Positions 13,120 to 22,507 of a stretch of 50,002 nt of DNA are shown piece after piece (the stretch's first letter is position 1; every line of letters starts with the position of its first letter). The translations under genes and the position numbers were made by a program. The DNA lies in the NCBI GenBank assembly GCA_020053945.1, contig JAGVME010000012.1:1-50002 (forward strand), read 5' to 3'. A model generated the notes under the pieces. That model had not been told where the DNA came from and did no database searches. It worked only from the letters and a program-made list of their open reading frames with translations. The stretch is from Gammaproteobacteria bacterium (lineage in GTDB: Bacteria; Pseudomonadota; Gammaproteobacteria; Ga0077554; Ga007554).

Positions 13120-13205
13120 GTATTGGGGTTCTCTCAATGAATTCGCGACTCCGACAGCACGGGGTTGCGAATTAAACGGTAGCAAGCAAGGATGGGAGTA
13201 TAAAA

Positions 13206-14231
13206 ATGGCCATTTTTTTTCGAAGTACCTTGCGTGGGTCACTATTGCCATCATGGCGACGGATATCCAAAATCGGCGCGTTAATTACATTGCTTATTTT
13301 CGCGGGGATCGCACCGCAGGCATTTGCCGAGTCCTCCCCGAAGATCCGGATTGGCTTTTGGCCCATCGCCGCCGGCCTGCCGTTCTTTGTGGCGCTCGAT
13401 AAGGGTTACTTCAAGGAAGCCGGTCTTGACGTGGAAAGCGTGAAATTTGCCGCGCCACCGCAGATCGTCGAGGCGATGATTGCCGGTCGGCTTGAGGGTA
13501 GCGCCAACGGCACCGCCTCGGCCGCTCTCGCTATCGGCGAGTTGGCATCGCCAGGATTGGTTAAAATTTTCGCGTCCAATCCGAGCAATGTAAAAAACGT
13601 ACTCGACGAGTTTATTGTCGCCAGCGGCAGCACCTATAAATCGATCAAGGATTTGGCGGGGAAACGCATCGCTTCGGGGCCGGGAATCCAGAACACGACC
13701 TTGGCGCGCACGGTGCTGGAACGCAATGGTGTTACGGACGCGCAAATTGTTGAAGTTCCCATCGGACAGCATGTCGGGGCAATCATTGCCGGACAAGTGG
13801 ATGCGGCTTACACCCTTGAACCAACCGGAACCGTCGGTCGGCTGGCGGGGGCGACGCGGGTGCTGGAAGGGGGAGTCATCGCCACCTACGTCTTGGGAGA
13901 CCCCATGGCCCCTTGGTTCGGTGGATCAGCGAGCTTGACCACAGACTTTATCAAAAAAAATCCAGGAGTCGCCAAAAAATACATTGCCGCCTACGCACGT
14001 GGCATTAACTTTGTTCGTGCCAGTCCAGGTGAGGCACGCAAGTATCTGGCTGGGTATACTGCGATCGAGGGGGATCTAGCCAAGCAAGTGCCATTGCCTG
14101 CCTATACGCTACATAATGAGTTTACTAAATCCGACATCGCCATGTTTCAGAAATTCTTCGATCTATTTTCGGATAAGAAAATTTTCTCGGCTCGGGTAAT
14201 GGTCGAGCCGATGTTATACAAGGGGGAGTGA
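13206..14231 (+). CDS. ABC transporter substrate-binding protein, NMT1/THI5-like (NitT/TauT family)
   Basis: 341 aa with a signal peptide ending AFA|ES, then IRIGFWPIAAGLPFFVALDKGYFKEAGLDVE, typical of the NitT/TauT SBP fold. Confidence 0.8.
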   Translation: MAIFFRSTLRGSLLPSWRRISKIGALITLLIFAGIAPQAFAESSPKIRIGFWPIAAGLPFFVALDKGYFKEAGLDVESVKFAAPPQIVEAMIAGRLEGSANGTASAALAIGELASPGLVKIFASNPSNVKNVLDEFIVASGSTYKSIKDLAGKRIASGPGIQNTTLARTVLERNGVTDAQIVEVPIGQHVGAIIAGQVDAAYTLEPTGTVGRLAGATRVLEGGVIATYVLGDPMAPWFGGSASLTTDFIKKNPGVAKKYIAAYARGINFVRASPGEARKYLAGYTAIEGDLAKQVPLPAYTLHNEFTKSDIAMFQKFFDLFSDKKIFSARVMVEPMLYKGE

Positions 14232-14265
14232 TGTCCAGTATAAATGGAGCTGGGGAGGTTACGGC

Positions 14266-15027
14266 ATGGGTCGGCTAAGCGGCAAATCGCTGGTTCCGGC
14301 AATCGGCCCAATCGTCCTGTTCGCCGTTTGGTATTTCGTGGTTGCGGCGGGGATCGTCAACCCGGTACTGCTGCCTGGCCCGGGCGACACGCTGGCGCAT
14401 CTCTACACGATTGTTGCATCGGGTTCGTTGCTCGTCGATTTGCTGGCGACCGCGCGTCGAACAGTGGAGGCGTTTCTAATTGCCGCGGCTATTGGCGTAC
14501 CGCTGGGGGTGGCGCTGGGAAGTTCCCGCCCGGTGTATCGTAGTGTCGAGTTCTTGATTGATTTTTTTCGCTCGACGCCGTCCTCGGCGCTTATTCCGTT
14601 GTTCCTGATGATCTTCGGCATTACCGACATGAATAAGGTCGCAATCGCAGCGTTTGCGGCGGTACTGGTTATCCTGTTCAATAGCGCGTACGGGGTCATG
14701 AATGCCCGTAAGCAACGGATTATGGCGGCCAAGGTCATGGGAGCGTCCCGCTTCCAGATTTTCCGGCACGTGATGCTGCTGGAAAGTTTGCCCCAAACGT
14801 TTGTTGGGTTACGCAGCGGCGTGAGCATGGCGCTGGTGATTGTCGTCGTCGCCGAAATGTTTATCGGTTCCGAGCAAGGTATCGGCCATCGTATCATTGA
14901 TGCCCAGCAGGTGCTTAACGTCAAGGATATGTATAGTTCTATCCTTGCGGCCGGGGTTCTGGGGTATGCCTTTAATGTACTGTTTATGCTTGTCGAAGGG
15001 CGGTTGGTACACTGGAGCGGAAAATAA
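14266..15027 (+). CDS. ABC transporter permease (NitT/TauT family)
   Basis: 253 aa, about 6 TM segments, with an EAA-like loop (ARKQRIMAAKVMGASRFQIFRHVMLLESLP). Confidence 0.85.
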   Translation: MGRLSGKSLVPAIGPIVLFAVWYFVVAAGIVNPVLLPGPGDTLAHLYTIVASGSLLVDLLATARRTVEAFLIAAAIGVPLGVALGSSRPVYRSVEFLIDFFRSTPSSALIPLFLMIFGITDMNKVAIAAFAAVLVILFNSAYGVMNARKQRIMAAKVMGASRFQIFRHVMLLESLPQTFVGLRSGVSMALVIVVVAEMFIGSEQGIGHRIIDAQQVLNVKDMYSSILAAGVLGYAFNVLFMLVEGRLVHWSGK

Positions 15028-15029
15028 CG

Positions 15030-15884
15030 ATGCAAGCCATAACCCAACAAATTGAAGAGTTATCGAAATATAGCGGCACGGCTATAACCTCAAGCGCGGA
15101 ATCGTCCCTGCCATTTATCCCTGGCCCCATCGGTACGCATATCACCTTGCGGCATATCACCAAGTATTTTGCGGGCCAACCGCTCTACCAGGACTTCAAT
15201 CTCGATATTGCCAAGGGAAAAATCACCTCCGTGTTTGGCCCGAATGGCTGCGGCAAATCGACTATGATCAATCTGATCGCAGGACTCATTCCTATCGATG
15301 CAGGAGAAATTCTTTTCGATGGAAAATCCTTGCGCGATACCAAGATCGGATATGTGTTCCAGAATTACCGGGATGCGTTGTTCCCGTGGATGAAAGCTAT
15401 CGATAACATCCGCTATCCATTGAAACTCACTGGAACTCCCAAGGCCAAGATCGATCAGCGCATTGATGAGTTGATGGCTTTGTTCGAAATAAAATTCGAT
15501 TTGAGCCGTTATCCATATGAGCTTTCTGGTGGGCAACAGCAAACGGTCTCGATCATGCGGGCCTTAGCGCCCGCTCCTGAAGTATTATTTCTCGACGAAC
15601 CTTTTTCCGCGCTCGATTATGAAATGACCCTGCTGATCCGGGACAAGCTTCAGGATATTTTTATGGCGACCCAGGTCACGATCGTGCTTGTATCACACGA
15701 TCTTGAAGAAGCGGTGTACCTGTCTGACCGGGTTTTGCTTTTGACCAAGCGGCCGACGCGTGTCGCCGAGCTTGTTTCATTCGACGTGGCGCGGCCACGT
15801 ACACTCGCGACTCTTTCCGATCCGGAATTTATCAAAACCAAGGCGCGTAGCCTGCAAATCTTTCAACAGGAGGTACACCGGTGA
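15030..15884 (+). CDS. ABC transporter ATP-binding protein (NitT/TauT family)
   Basis: Walker A GPNGCGKST, signature LSGGQQQ, Walker B LFLDEPFSALD and H-loop SHD. It starts 3 nt after the permease stop. Confidence 0.9.
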   Translation: MQAITQQIEELSKYSGTAITSSAESSLPFIPGPIGTHITLRHITKYFAGQPLYQDFNLDIAKGKITSVFGPNGCGKSTMINLIAGLIPIDAGEILFDGKSLRDTKIGYVFQNYRDALFPWMKAIDNIRYPLKLTGTPKAKIDQRIDELMALFEIKFDLSRYPYELSGGQQQTVSIMRALAPAPEVLFLDEPFSALDYEMTLLIRDKLQDIFMATQVTIVLVSHDLEEAVYLSDRVLLLTKRPTRVAELVSFDVARPRTLATLSDPEFIKTKARSLQIFQQEVHR

Positions 15885-16070
15885 TCTCATGGACGAGCGG
15901 TAACAGCATCATCAAAACCAGTAGAGATGATGGTTAGTTGAGAACAAGCGTCTTATGGAGTGCGTGGGGAGATTGAGGGTGCAGTGGGTTTGCGTAGTTG
16001 CCGGAATCTTAAGTAAGTGGATAGTGAAACGGGGGCATGTAATGATGAATCAACAGCGGGGAATTTATCA

Positions 16071-17216
16071 ATGAAAAAATATAATGGCAATGGGTTGGTT
16101 GATAACAAGCGCCGTACCTTGCTGAAAGGTGCGGCGGCACTCGGCGTGGCAACTGCATTGGGCGGATTGTTGCCCAGCAAAGCGTGGGCAAAAAAGAAAG
16201 TGGGCATGGGGTTCATTTATGTGGGGCCGCGCGATGATTATGGCTATAACCAATCGCACTATGAAGGGAAATCATCGCTTGCGAAGCTGGATTGGGTAAA
16301 AGCCGTTGACCAGGAAAATGTACCGGAAACCATTGAAGTGCAAAAGGCCATGGAGAGCATGATTAATCTCGATGGCGTACAGGTTTTATTCCCTACCTCC
16401 TTCGGTTATTTCGACCCGCACATATTGAAAATTGCGCCAAAATATCCGGATGTCATGTTCCTGCATTGCGGTGGATTATGGGATGCCAGCAAGCACCCGA
16501 AAAATGTCGGCAGTTATTTCGGCTACATTGACGAAGCCGTGTATGTCGCAGGAATTGTGGCAGGCCATACGAGCAAAACCGGTAAGCTTGGCTTTATCGC
16601 TGCCATGCCTATCCCGCAAGTGTTGCGCAACATCAACAACTTCACATTGGCGGCGCGCAGCGTTAATCCCAAAATTACCACAACTGTAGTATTTACGGGT
16701 GGCTGGTCATTACCGGTAAAAGAAGCTGAAGCCGCCAATAGCTTGATCGACCAGGGCATCGACGTGCTTACCTGCCATGTTGACAGCCCCAAAGTAGTGA
16801 TTGAAACCGCCGAAAAGCGTGGCATTTATTCCTGCGGTTATCACACCAATCAAGCCGTGCTTGCCCCGAAAGGATTTTTAACTGGCGCGCAATGGAACTG
16901 GAGCAAAGTCTATCAAGACTACGCTGAAATGATTTCCAAAGGCACAAAAATTCCTAACCTGGTGCGCGGTGGATTCAAGGAAGGCCTCGTGACCAGCTCA
17001 CCCTATGGCAAAGCGGTGAGCGCAAAGGCCAAAGAACAGGCCGACAAGGTACGTTCTTCATTCATGAGCGGCTCGATGGTAGTTTACAAAGGTCCCATCA
17101 AAGATAATACCGGGCGCGTTGTGATTGCGGCAGGAAAAGAATACAAGCAAACCGATGTATGGTTAGAAAGCATGGACTGGCTAGCCGAGGGTGTTATTGG
17201 CAGCACCAAGGGTTAA
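16071..17216 (+). CDS. BMP-family ABC transporter substrate-binding protein with a Tat-type signal
   Basis: BMP/PnrA-like core (VGMGFIYVGPRDDYGYNQSH, GFIAAMPIPQV) preceded by KRRTLLKGAAALGVATALG...AWA. The ATG at 16071 is preferred over the track start at 16017. Confidence 0.85.
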   Translation: MKKYNGNGLVDNKRRTLLKGAAALGVATALGGLLPSKAWAKKKVGMGFIYVGPRDDYGYNQSHYEGKSSLAKLDWVKAVDQENVPETIEVQKAMESMINLDGVQVLFPTSFGYFDPHILKIAPKYPDVMFLHCGGLWDASKHPKNVGSYFGYIDEAVYVAGIVAGHTSKTGKLGFIAAMPIPQVLRNINNFTLAARSVNPKITTTVVFTGGWSLPVKEAEAANSLIDQGIDVLTCHVDSPKVVIETAEKRGIYSCGYHTNQAVLAPKGFLTGAQWNWSKVYQDYAEMISKGTKIPNLVRGGFKEGLVTSSPYGKAVSAKAKEQADKVRSSFMSGSMVVYKGPIKDNTGRVVIAAGKEYKQTDVWLESMDWLAEGVIGSTKG

Positions 17217-17267
17217 TATAATCTTGGCGGCGTCAGGTAATCCATAGTCCGCTTAAGGGAGCCCATC

Positions 17268-18311
17268 ATGATGCGGTCATTTGAGCCGATCGTTATCCCG
17301 ATCGCCGCTTTGCTGGTGTCATTGCTTATGTTCGGGATTTTTATCACCGCCGCGGGCGCCGATGCGCTAGGTGTCTTCGAGTCCATGTACCGTGGCGCAT
17401 TCGGCACCTGGTTTTCCTGGCAAAACACGCTGGTGCGTGCCGCACCGTTAATGCTCACTGCCTTGTGTACTGCATTACCGGCGCGGATTGGTTTGATTAT
17501 CATTGGTGGCGAAGGCGCCGTGGTGGTGGGCGGCATGACGGCGGCATTAACCGGTATTGTGTTGACCCACGCATCACCGATCGTCGTGCTCACTGCCATG
17601 GCTTTTATGGGGATGACCACTGGCGGCTTGTGGATCGCCGCTATCAGCGCGTTGCGCCACTACCGGGGCGTGAATGAAACCATCAGTTCACTACTCCTCA
17701 ACTATATCGCCATTGCAATAATGAACTTTCTGGTTTTCGGCCCATTGCGCGACCCGGAAACGCTCAACAAACCTTCCACCTACCATATTGGCGAAGCTAA
17801 TATGTTGACTGAAATGGGCAGCACTTCCATACACTGGGGTTTTGGCCTGGGAGTGATAGCCTGCGTAGCATTGTGGGTGCTGATGCGCCATACCCCGTTT
17901 GGTTTCGCCGTTGATATTGCCGGGGGCAACGTGCGGGCCGCAAAATTATCCGGCTTGCCGGTGACACGCTTGATGATTATCACCTCATTGCTGGCGGGCG
18001 CCGCTGCCGGCTTGGCCGGCATGATTGAAGTCGCCGCGGTGCATGGCCGCGCCAATAGTTCACTGAATGCCAATTACGGTTACGAAGGCATCCTCGTCGC
18101 CTTCATCGCACGCCACAATCCCCTCGCCATTATCCCGGTCGCCATCCTGTTTGGCGGGATTCGCGCCAGCAGTGGCCTGCTGCAACGCGATCATGACCTG
18201 CCAGATGCCAGCAGCCTCGTGTTACAAGGCATTATTTTTATCGTGATTCTCGCCAGTGAAACCTTGTACGGACGGTTTTCCTGGCTACGCGCCAAGGAGA
18301 AAACAGCATGA
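17268..18311 (+). CDS. ABC transporter permease (BMP/sugar-type, first subunit)
   Basis: 347 aa, polytopic, in the typical position after a BMP SBP gene. Confidence 0.85.
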   Translation: MMRSFEPIVIPIAALLVSLLMFGIFITAAGADALGVFESMYRGAFGTWFSWQNTLVRAAPLMLTALCTALPARIGLIIIGGEGAVVVGGMTAALTGIVLTHASPIVVLTAMAFMGMTTGGLWIAAISALRHYRGVNETISSLLLNYIAIAIMNFLVFGPLRDPETLNKPSTYHIGEANMLTEMGSTSIHWGFGLGVIACVALWVLMRHTPFGFAVDIAGGNVRAAKLSGLPVTRLMIITSLLAGAAAGLAGMIEVAAVHGRANSSLNANYGYEGILVAFIARHNPLAIIPVAILFGGIRASSGLLQRDHDLPDASSLVLQGIIFIVILASETLYGRFSWLRAKEKTA

Positions 18312-19234
18312 ACGAAACCGAGTTTAGCCTGTTGAATATCCTGATTGCCGTGATCGGCGGCGCCATTCGTGTCGGCACGCCGTTTCTGTTTGTGAGCCTG
18401 GGCGAATGCCTCACGGAACGCAGCGGACGTATCAACCTGGGCCTGGAAGGCACCTTAATGATGGGTGCCATGACGGGCTATGGCGCCTCGTATCTCAGTG
18501 GCTCACCGTGGTTAGGCGTGATGGCAGCGGGCATGACCGGTGTGATACTCGGGGGCGTGCATGCGTTATTGTGCCAGCAACAAAAAGTTAATGATATTGC
18601 CGTGGGCATCGCACTGATGTTGCTGGGCACCGGCTTGGCGTTTTTTTTAGGCAAGCCACTGATCCAGCCCACCGCTGCGCACTTGCCCTCGCTTCATCTG
18701 GGTAGTTGGAGCGATTCACCGGTGATTCAGGCCGCGTTGGATATCAATGTACTGTTTGTGATAGGCGTCCTGCTCGCGCCTGCCATGGCGTGGTTTTTCC
18801 GCTATTCACGCTGGGGATTGTATGTGCGCACTGTGGGTGAAAGCGCCGATGCGGCACGCGCCATGGGCCTGAATGTAAACCGGGTGCGCATGTACAGCAC
18901 CATGGCGGGCGGTTTTCTTGCCGGTGTCGGCGGATCATTTTTGTCGCTTTACTACCCAGGCGGATGGAGTGAAGGCTTATCAAGCGGCCAGGGATTAATG
19001 GCTGTGGCATTGGTAATTTTTGCGCGCTGGAACCCGGTGTATTGCCTGTATGCATCCCTGTTATTTGGCGCTGCCGCAACCCTGGGTCCCACCTTGCAAT
19101 CCATCGGCATGACGTGGGGCTATTATCTGTTTCATGCCGCGCCTTATGTGCTGACCCTGATCATCATGATCACCACATCGTCGAGCACACGCTTGCTATC
19201 AGGCATGCCGGGGCAGCTTAGCAATGTTAAATAG
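18308..19234 (+). CDS. ABC transporter permease (second subunit)
   Basis: 308 aa, polytopic. It shares a 4-nt ATGA overlap with the preceding permease gene. Confidence 0.85.
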   Translation: MNETEFSLLNILIAVIGGAIRVGTPFLFVSLGECLTERSGRINLGLEGTLMMGAMTGYGASYLSGSPWLGVMAAGMTGVILGGVHALLCQQQKVNDIAVGIALMLLGTGLAFFLGKPLIQPTAAHLPSLHLGSWSDSPVIQAALDINVLFVIGVLLAPAMAWFFRYSRWGLYVRTVGESADAARAMGLNVNRVRMYSTMAGGFLAGVGGSFLSLYYPGGWSEGLSSGQGLMAVALVIFARWNPVYCLYASLLFGAAATLGPTLQSIGMTWGYYLFHAAPYVLTLIIMITTSSSTRLLSGMPGQLSNVK

Positions 19235-19266
19235 TAATTATATTGACTGAATTAAACAGGTGAGTT

Positions 19267-19947
19267 ATGAGCTTATACGTACCGTCTGATCCTTATCCAT
19301 GGCCCTATAACGGCGATCTTAGTCCCAGTAATACTGCGATTATTGTTATTGACATGCAAACTGATTTTTGCGGAAAAGGCGGCTATGTGGACAAAATGGG
19401 ATATGACCTGTCGCTCACCCGATCCCCCATCGAACCGATTAAAAAGGTGCTGGCGGTGGTACGCAAACAAGGATTCACCGTTTTTCACACGCGCGAAGGA
19501 CACCGGCCCGATTTGTCAGATTTACCGGCCAATAAGCGCTGGCGCAGCCAACGCATCGGTGCAGGTATTGGCGATGCGGGGCCCTGCGGCAGGATCCTGG
19601 TGCGTGGTGAACCGGGCTGGGAGATAATTCCTGAGTTGACGCCTTTGCCTGGCGAACCCGTCATCGACAAACCCGGCAAAGGTTCATTCTGCGCCACCGA
19701 CTTAGACATGATGTTGAGACAGCGCGGCATCGCCAATATCATTCTCACTGGTATCACTACCGATGTATGTGTACATACCACGATGCGAGAGGCCAACGAC
19801 CGTGGTTATGAATGCCTGTTGCTCGAAGATTGCTGTGGGGCCACTGATTATGGAAACCATGTGGCAGCGATAAAAATGGTGAAAATGCAGGGCGGTGTTT
19901 TCGGCGCCGTATCAAATGCCAAACAACTTATTGCGGCCATTGCATGA
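19267..19947 (+). CDS. Isochorismatase-family cysteine hydrolase, biuret amidohydrolase (BiuH)/triuret hydrolase (TrtA)-like
   Basis: 226 aa with the catalytic-triad context D ([10 protein letters not shown]), K (IDKPGKGSF) and C ([11 protein letters not shown]). The DPYPWPYNG opening and [17 protein letters not shown] tail match what I recall of BiuH-clade enzymes. Confidence 0.7.
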   Translation: MSLYVPSDPYPWPYNGDLSPSNTAIIVIDMQTDFCGKGGYVDKMGYDLSLTRSPIEPIKKVLAVVRKQGFTVFHTREGHRPDLSDLPANKRWRSQRIGAGIGDAGPCGRILVRGEPGWEIIPELTPLPGEPVIDKPGKGSFCATDLDMMLRQRGIANIILTGITTDVCVHTTMREANDRGYECLLLEDCCGATDYGNHVAAIKMVKMQGGVFGAVSNAKQLIAAIA

Positions 19948-21461
19948 CCATCCCTGACAAATACGCCCTTGAAGCACTCCACATCAACAAGCGCTTTGGC
20001 GCATTGATTGCGCTCAACGACGTATCACTGCATCTTGAGAAAGGCACATTTCATGCGTTACTCGGCGAAAACGGCGCAGGAAAAAGCACGCTGGTGAAAT
20101 GTATTATGGGGTATTACGCCCCTGACAGCGGTGAGCTGATGATAGAAGGGAAGCAGCATGATATTTCCAACCCACGTCATGCCCATCAATTGGGGCTGGG
20201 CATGGTATATCAGCATTTCACGCTGATTCCCAATATGACCGTCATGGAAAACCTAGTTTTGTCCCGCCCTCATTTGCCCGTAAAAATTGACTGGCATGCC
20301 GAACGAAAATCCCTACAGGAACGTATCGCGCAACTGCCCTTCCAGTTTCAATTGGATATTCCAGTGAGCCGTATGGCGGCGGGTGAAAAACAAAAATTGG
20401 AAATCACCAAGCAACTGCTGCTTAACAGCAAAATATTGATCCTGGATGAACCTACGTCGGTACTCACTCCTGTGGAAGCCGATGAAGTATTAGGTAAACT
20501 GCGCGCATTAACGCAACAAGGTGCATTAAGTGTGCTCATTATCACCCATAAATTCAGGGAAGTGATGACCTTTGCCGATGAAGTGACAGTATTGCGCAAA
20601 GGAAATTTCGTGGGCACCGCCACCGTTAAAAACGTGGACACACAACAACTCGCAAAAATGATGGTGGGCACCGAGTTTGTTAAAAAACCCTTACACCGGC
20701 AACCGTCACCCACTCAGAATGCGCGCCTGGAAATTCATAATCTCAAGGTCAACGACGATACCCAAGCCCAAACCGTTAAGGATCTTTCATTAACGGTACA
20801 TAGCGGCGAAATCGTGGGCATCGCGGGGGTATCAGGCAATGGCCAGCGTGAACTGGTAGAAGCCCTCAGCGGCCAGCGCGGTACGAGTGGCGGCGAAATA
20901 CGTGCACACAAACAACCTTACCAGGGCCGACGCGAAGATATGCGCAAAAGCCGTTTCTATTGCCTGCCGGAAGAACCGCTACGGAATGCGTGCGTACCGG
21001 CCATGAGTGTTGCTGAAAATATGGTATTTCGTGATTTTGATCACGTGCCCTTTACACGTTACCGTTGGTTATTGGATCGCCGTGCCATCTTACACCATGC
21101 CAAGGAGCTGATCAGCCAATACAAAATCCGCACCCCAGGACCTCACGCACCGATCGCCACACTCTCGGGCGGCAACGTGCAACGCACCGTATTAGCCCGC
21201 GAACTGGAGAATGAAGTTGATATATTGGTAGTCGCAAACCCCTGCTTTGGCCTGGATTTCAGCGCGGTTGCAGAAATCCACGACAAGATCATGCAAGTGC
21301 GTAACCGGGGAGGCGCTGTGTTACTTGTCAGTGAAGACCTGGATGAAATATTGGAACTGAGTGACCGGCTCATGGTGATGTCTGGGGGAAAACTGGTTTA
21401 CGAAACCATCCCCGCCCAAGCCGATCTGGCCACTATCGGCCGTTATATGGCAGGACACTGA
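19944..21461 (+). CDS. ABC transporter ATP-binding protein (duplicated ATPase, BMP/sugar type)
   Basis: 505 aa with two NBDs: GENGAGKST...LILDEPTS, and GVSGNGQRE...LSGGNVQR...[11 protein letters not shown]. It shares an ATGA overlap with the upstream hydrolase gene. Confidence 0.9.
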   Translation: MTIPDKYALEALHINKRFGALIALNDVSLHLEKGTFHALLGENGAGKSTLVKCIMGYYAPDSGELMIEGKQHDISNPRHAHQLGLGMVYQHFTLIPNMTVMENLVLSRPHLPVKIDWHAERKSLQERIAQLPFQFQLDIPVSRMAAGEKQKLEITKQLLLNSKILILDEPTSVLTPVEADEVLGKLRALTQQGALSVLIITHKFREVMTFADEVTVLRKGNFVGTATVKNVDTQQLAKMMVGTEFVKKPLHRQPSPTQNARLEIHNLKVNDDTQAQTVKDLSLTVHSGEIVGIAGVSGNGQRELVEALSGQRGTSGGEIRAHKQPYQGRREDMRKSRFYCLPEEPLRNACVPAMSVAENMVFRDFDHVPFTRYRWLLDRRAILHHAKELISQYKIRTPGPHAPIATLSGGNVQRTVLARELENEVDILVVANPCFGLDFSAVAEIHDKIMQVRNRGGAVLLVSEDLDEILELSDRLMVMSGGKLVYETIPAQADLATIGRYMAGH

Positions 21462-21462
21462 T

Positions 21463-22149
21463 ATGGATAAAAAAATGATAGAAGCACATCCTTATGCCTA
21501 CCCTCTCACTGACACTCCCCCGGCACTGGTTATTATCGACATGCAGCGTGACTTCATCGAACCCGGTGGGTTTGGCTCAAGCCTGGGCAATGACGTGCGA
21601 CCTTTAATGAAAATTGTGCCCACCATAAAACGCCTGCTGGATCTTTATCGCCGCCTGCACTTGCCGGTAATTCATACGCGAGAGGCGCATAGTCGTGATT
21701 TACTCAACTGCCCACCCTCTAAAATAAAGCGTGGCAATGCCGCGCTGCGTATTGGCGATGAAGGCCCCATGGGGCGGGTTCTTATCGATGGCGAACCGGG
21801 CAATGCGATCATCGACGCGCTAAAACCCCTCCCCGGCGAAATAGAACTGACGAAGCCCGGCAAAGGCGCATTTTATGGCACGCCATTGCATTCGTTACTG
21901 CAGGCGCGTGGCATCACCCATTTGCTGTTTGCCGGTGTTACCACCGAAGTTTGTGTGCAAACCACCATGCGTGAAGCCAATGACCGGGGCTATGAATGCC
22001 TGCTCATTGAAGATGCCACGGAAAGTTATTTCCCGGAATTTAAGCGCGCCGCCCTGGAGATGATCACCGCCCAAGGGGGCATTGTAGGCTGGTCGGCCCC
22101 CAGTATGCACGTTATAAAAAGCCTGGAGCATGCTTATGGCCCTCCTTAA
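21463..22149 (+). CDS. Second isochorismatase-family cysteine hydrolase (BiuH/TrtA-like paralogue)
   Basis: 228 aa with D ([10 protein letters not shown]), K (LTKPGKGAF) and C ([11 protein letters not shown]), and the same [15 protein letters not shown] tail. It starts 1 nt after the ATPase stop. Confidence 0.7.
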   Translation: MDKKMIEAHPYAYPLTDTPPALVIIDMQRDFIEPGGFGSSLGNDVRPLMKIVPTIKRLLDLYRRLHLPVIHTREAHSRDLLNCPPSKIKRGNAALRIGDEGPMGRVLIDGEPGNAIIDALKPLPGEIELTKPGKGAFYGTPLHSLLQARGITHLLFAGVTTEVCVQTTMREANDRGYECLLIEDATESYFPEFKRAALEMITAQGGIVGWSAPSMHVIKSLEHAYGPP

Positions 22150-22507
22150 AAATCCGGTTTTACTCAAAGATTTATTCAAGATAGCTGAAAATCAGGATCA
22201 GTATGCCTGGAAACCCTTCCGGCAGGGTATTGAGATTTATAATTTATATGGGGGCGATGAAAATCAGCCTGCCGCGGCATTGCTGCGTTATCAAGCAGGT
22301 GCGTGCGCCCCTAAACACCTGCATGAAGGTATAGAACATATATTGGTGTTATCAGGCGCACAATCTGACGACCAGGGTGAATATCCCGCAGGAAATCTTC
22401 TAATAAATTTTCCTGGTTCCTATCATCAAGTCACCAGCACCCATGGATGTATTGTGCTGGCGATCTGGAATAAGCCGGTTAGCTTTATCAAAGAAAAAAA
22501 CTCATGA
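22130..22507 (+). CDS. Cupin-domain protein (ChrR-like cupin)
   Basis: 125 aa with a cupin metal-motif-like segment ([17 protein letters not shown]) and a second His (YHQV). It overlaps the neighbouring genes at both ends. Confidence 0.55.
   Translation: MLMALLKNPVLLKDLFKIAENQDQYAWKPFRQGIEIYNLYGGDENQPAAALLRYQAGACAPKHLHEGIEHILVLSGAQSDDQGEYPAGNLLINFPGSYHQVTSTHGCIVLAIWNKPVSFIKEKNS

Noticed and set aside
13120-13205. Possible guanidine-I (ykkC) riboswitch upstream of the NitT/TauT SBP gene
   Set aside because: The context is tempting, because ykkC riboswitches often control NitT/TauT transporters and allophanate hydrolase genes. Fragments such as GGGGTTCTC, CTCCGACAG, ACGG and GGGAG are present. 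However, the region is too short, and I could not find the P3 hairpin (CGGG..CCCG) or the conserved ACGGCGGGA segment. GGGAG is simply the SD sequence. A covariance-model scan (Rfam RF00442) would settle this.
14403-15050. 215-aa minus-strand ORF
   Set aside because: It is antisense to the well-supported ABC permease gene.
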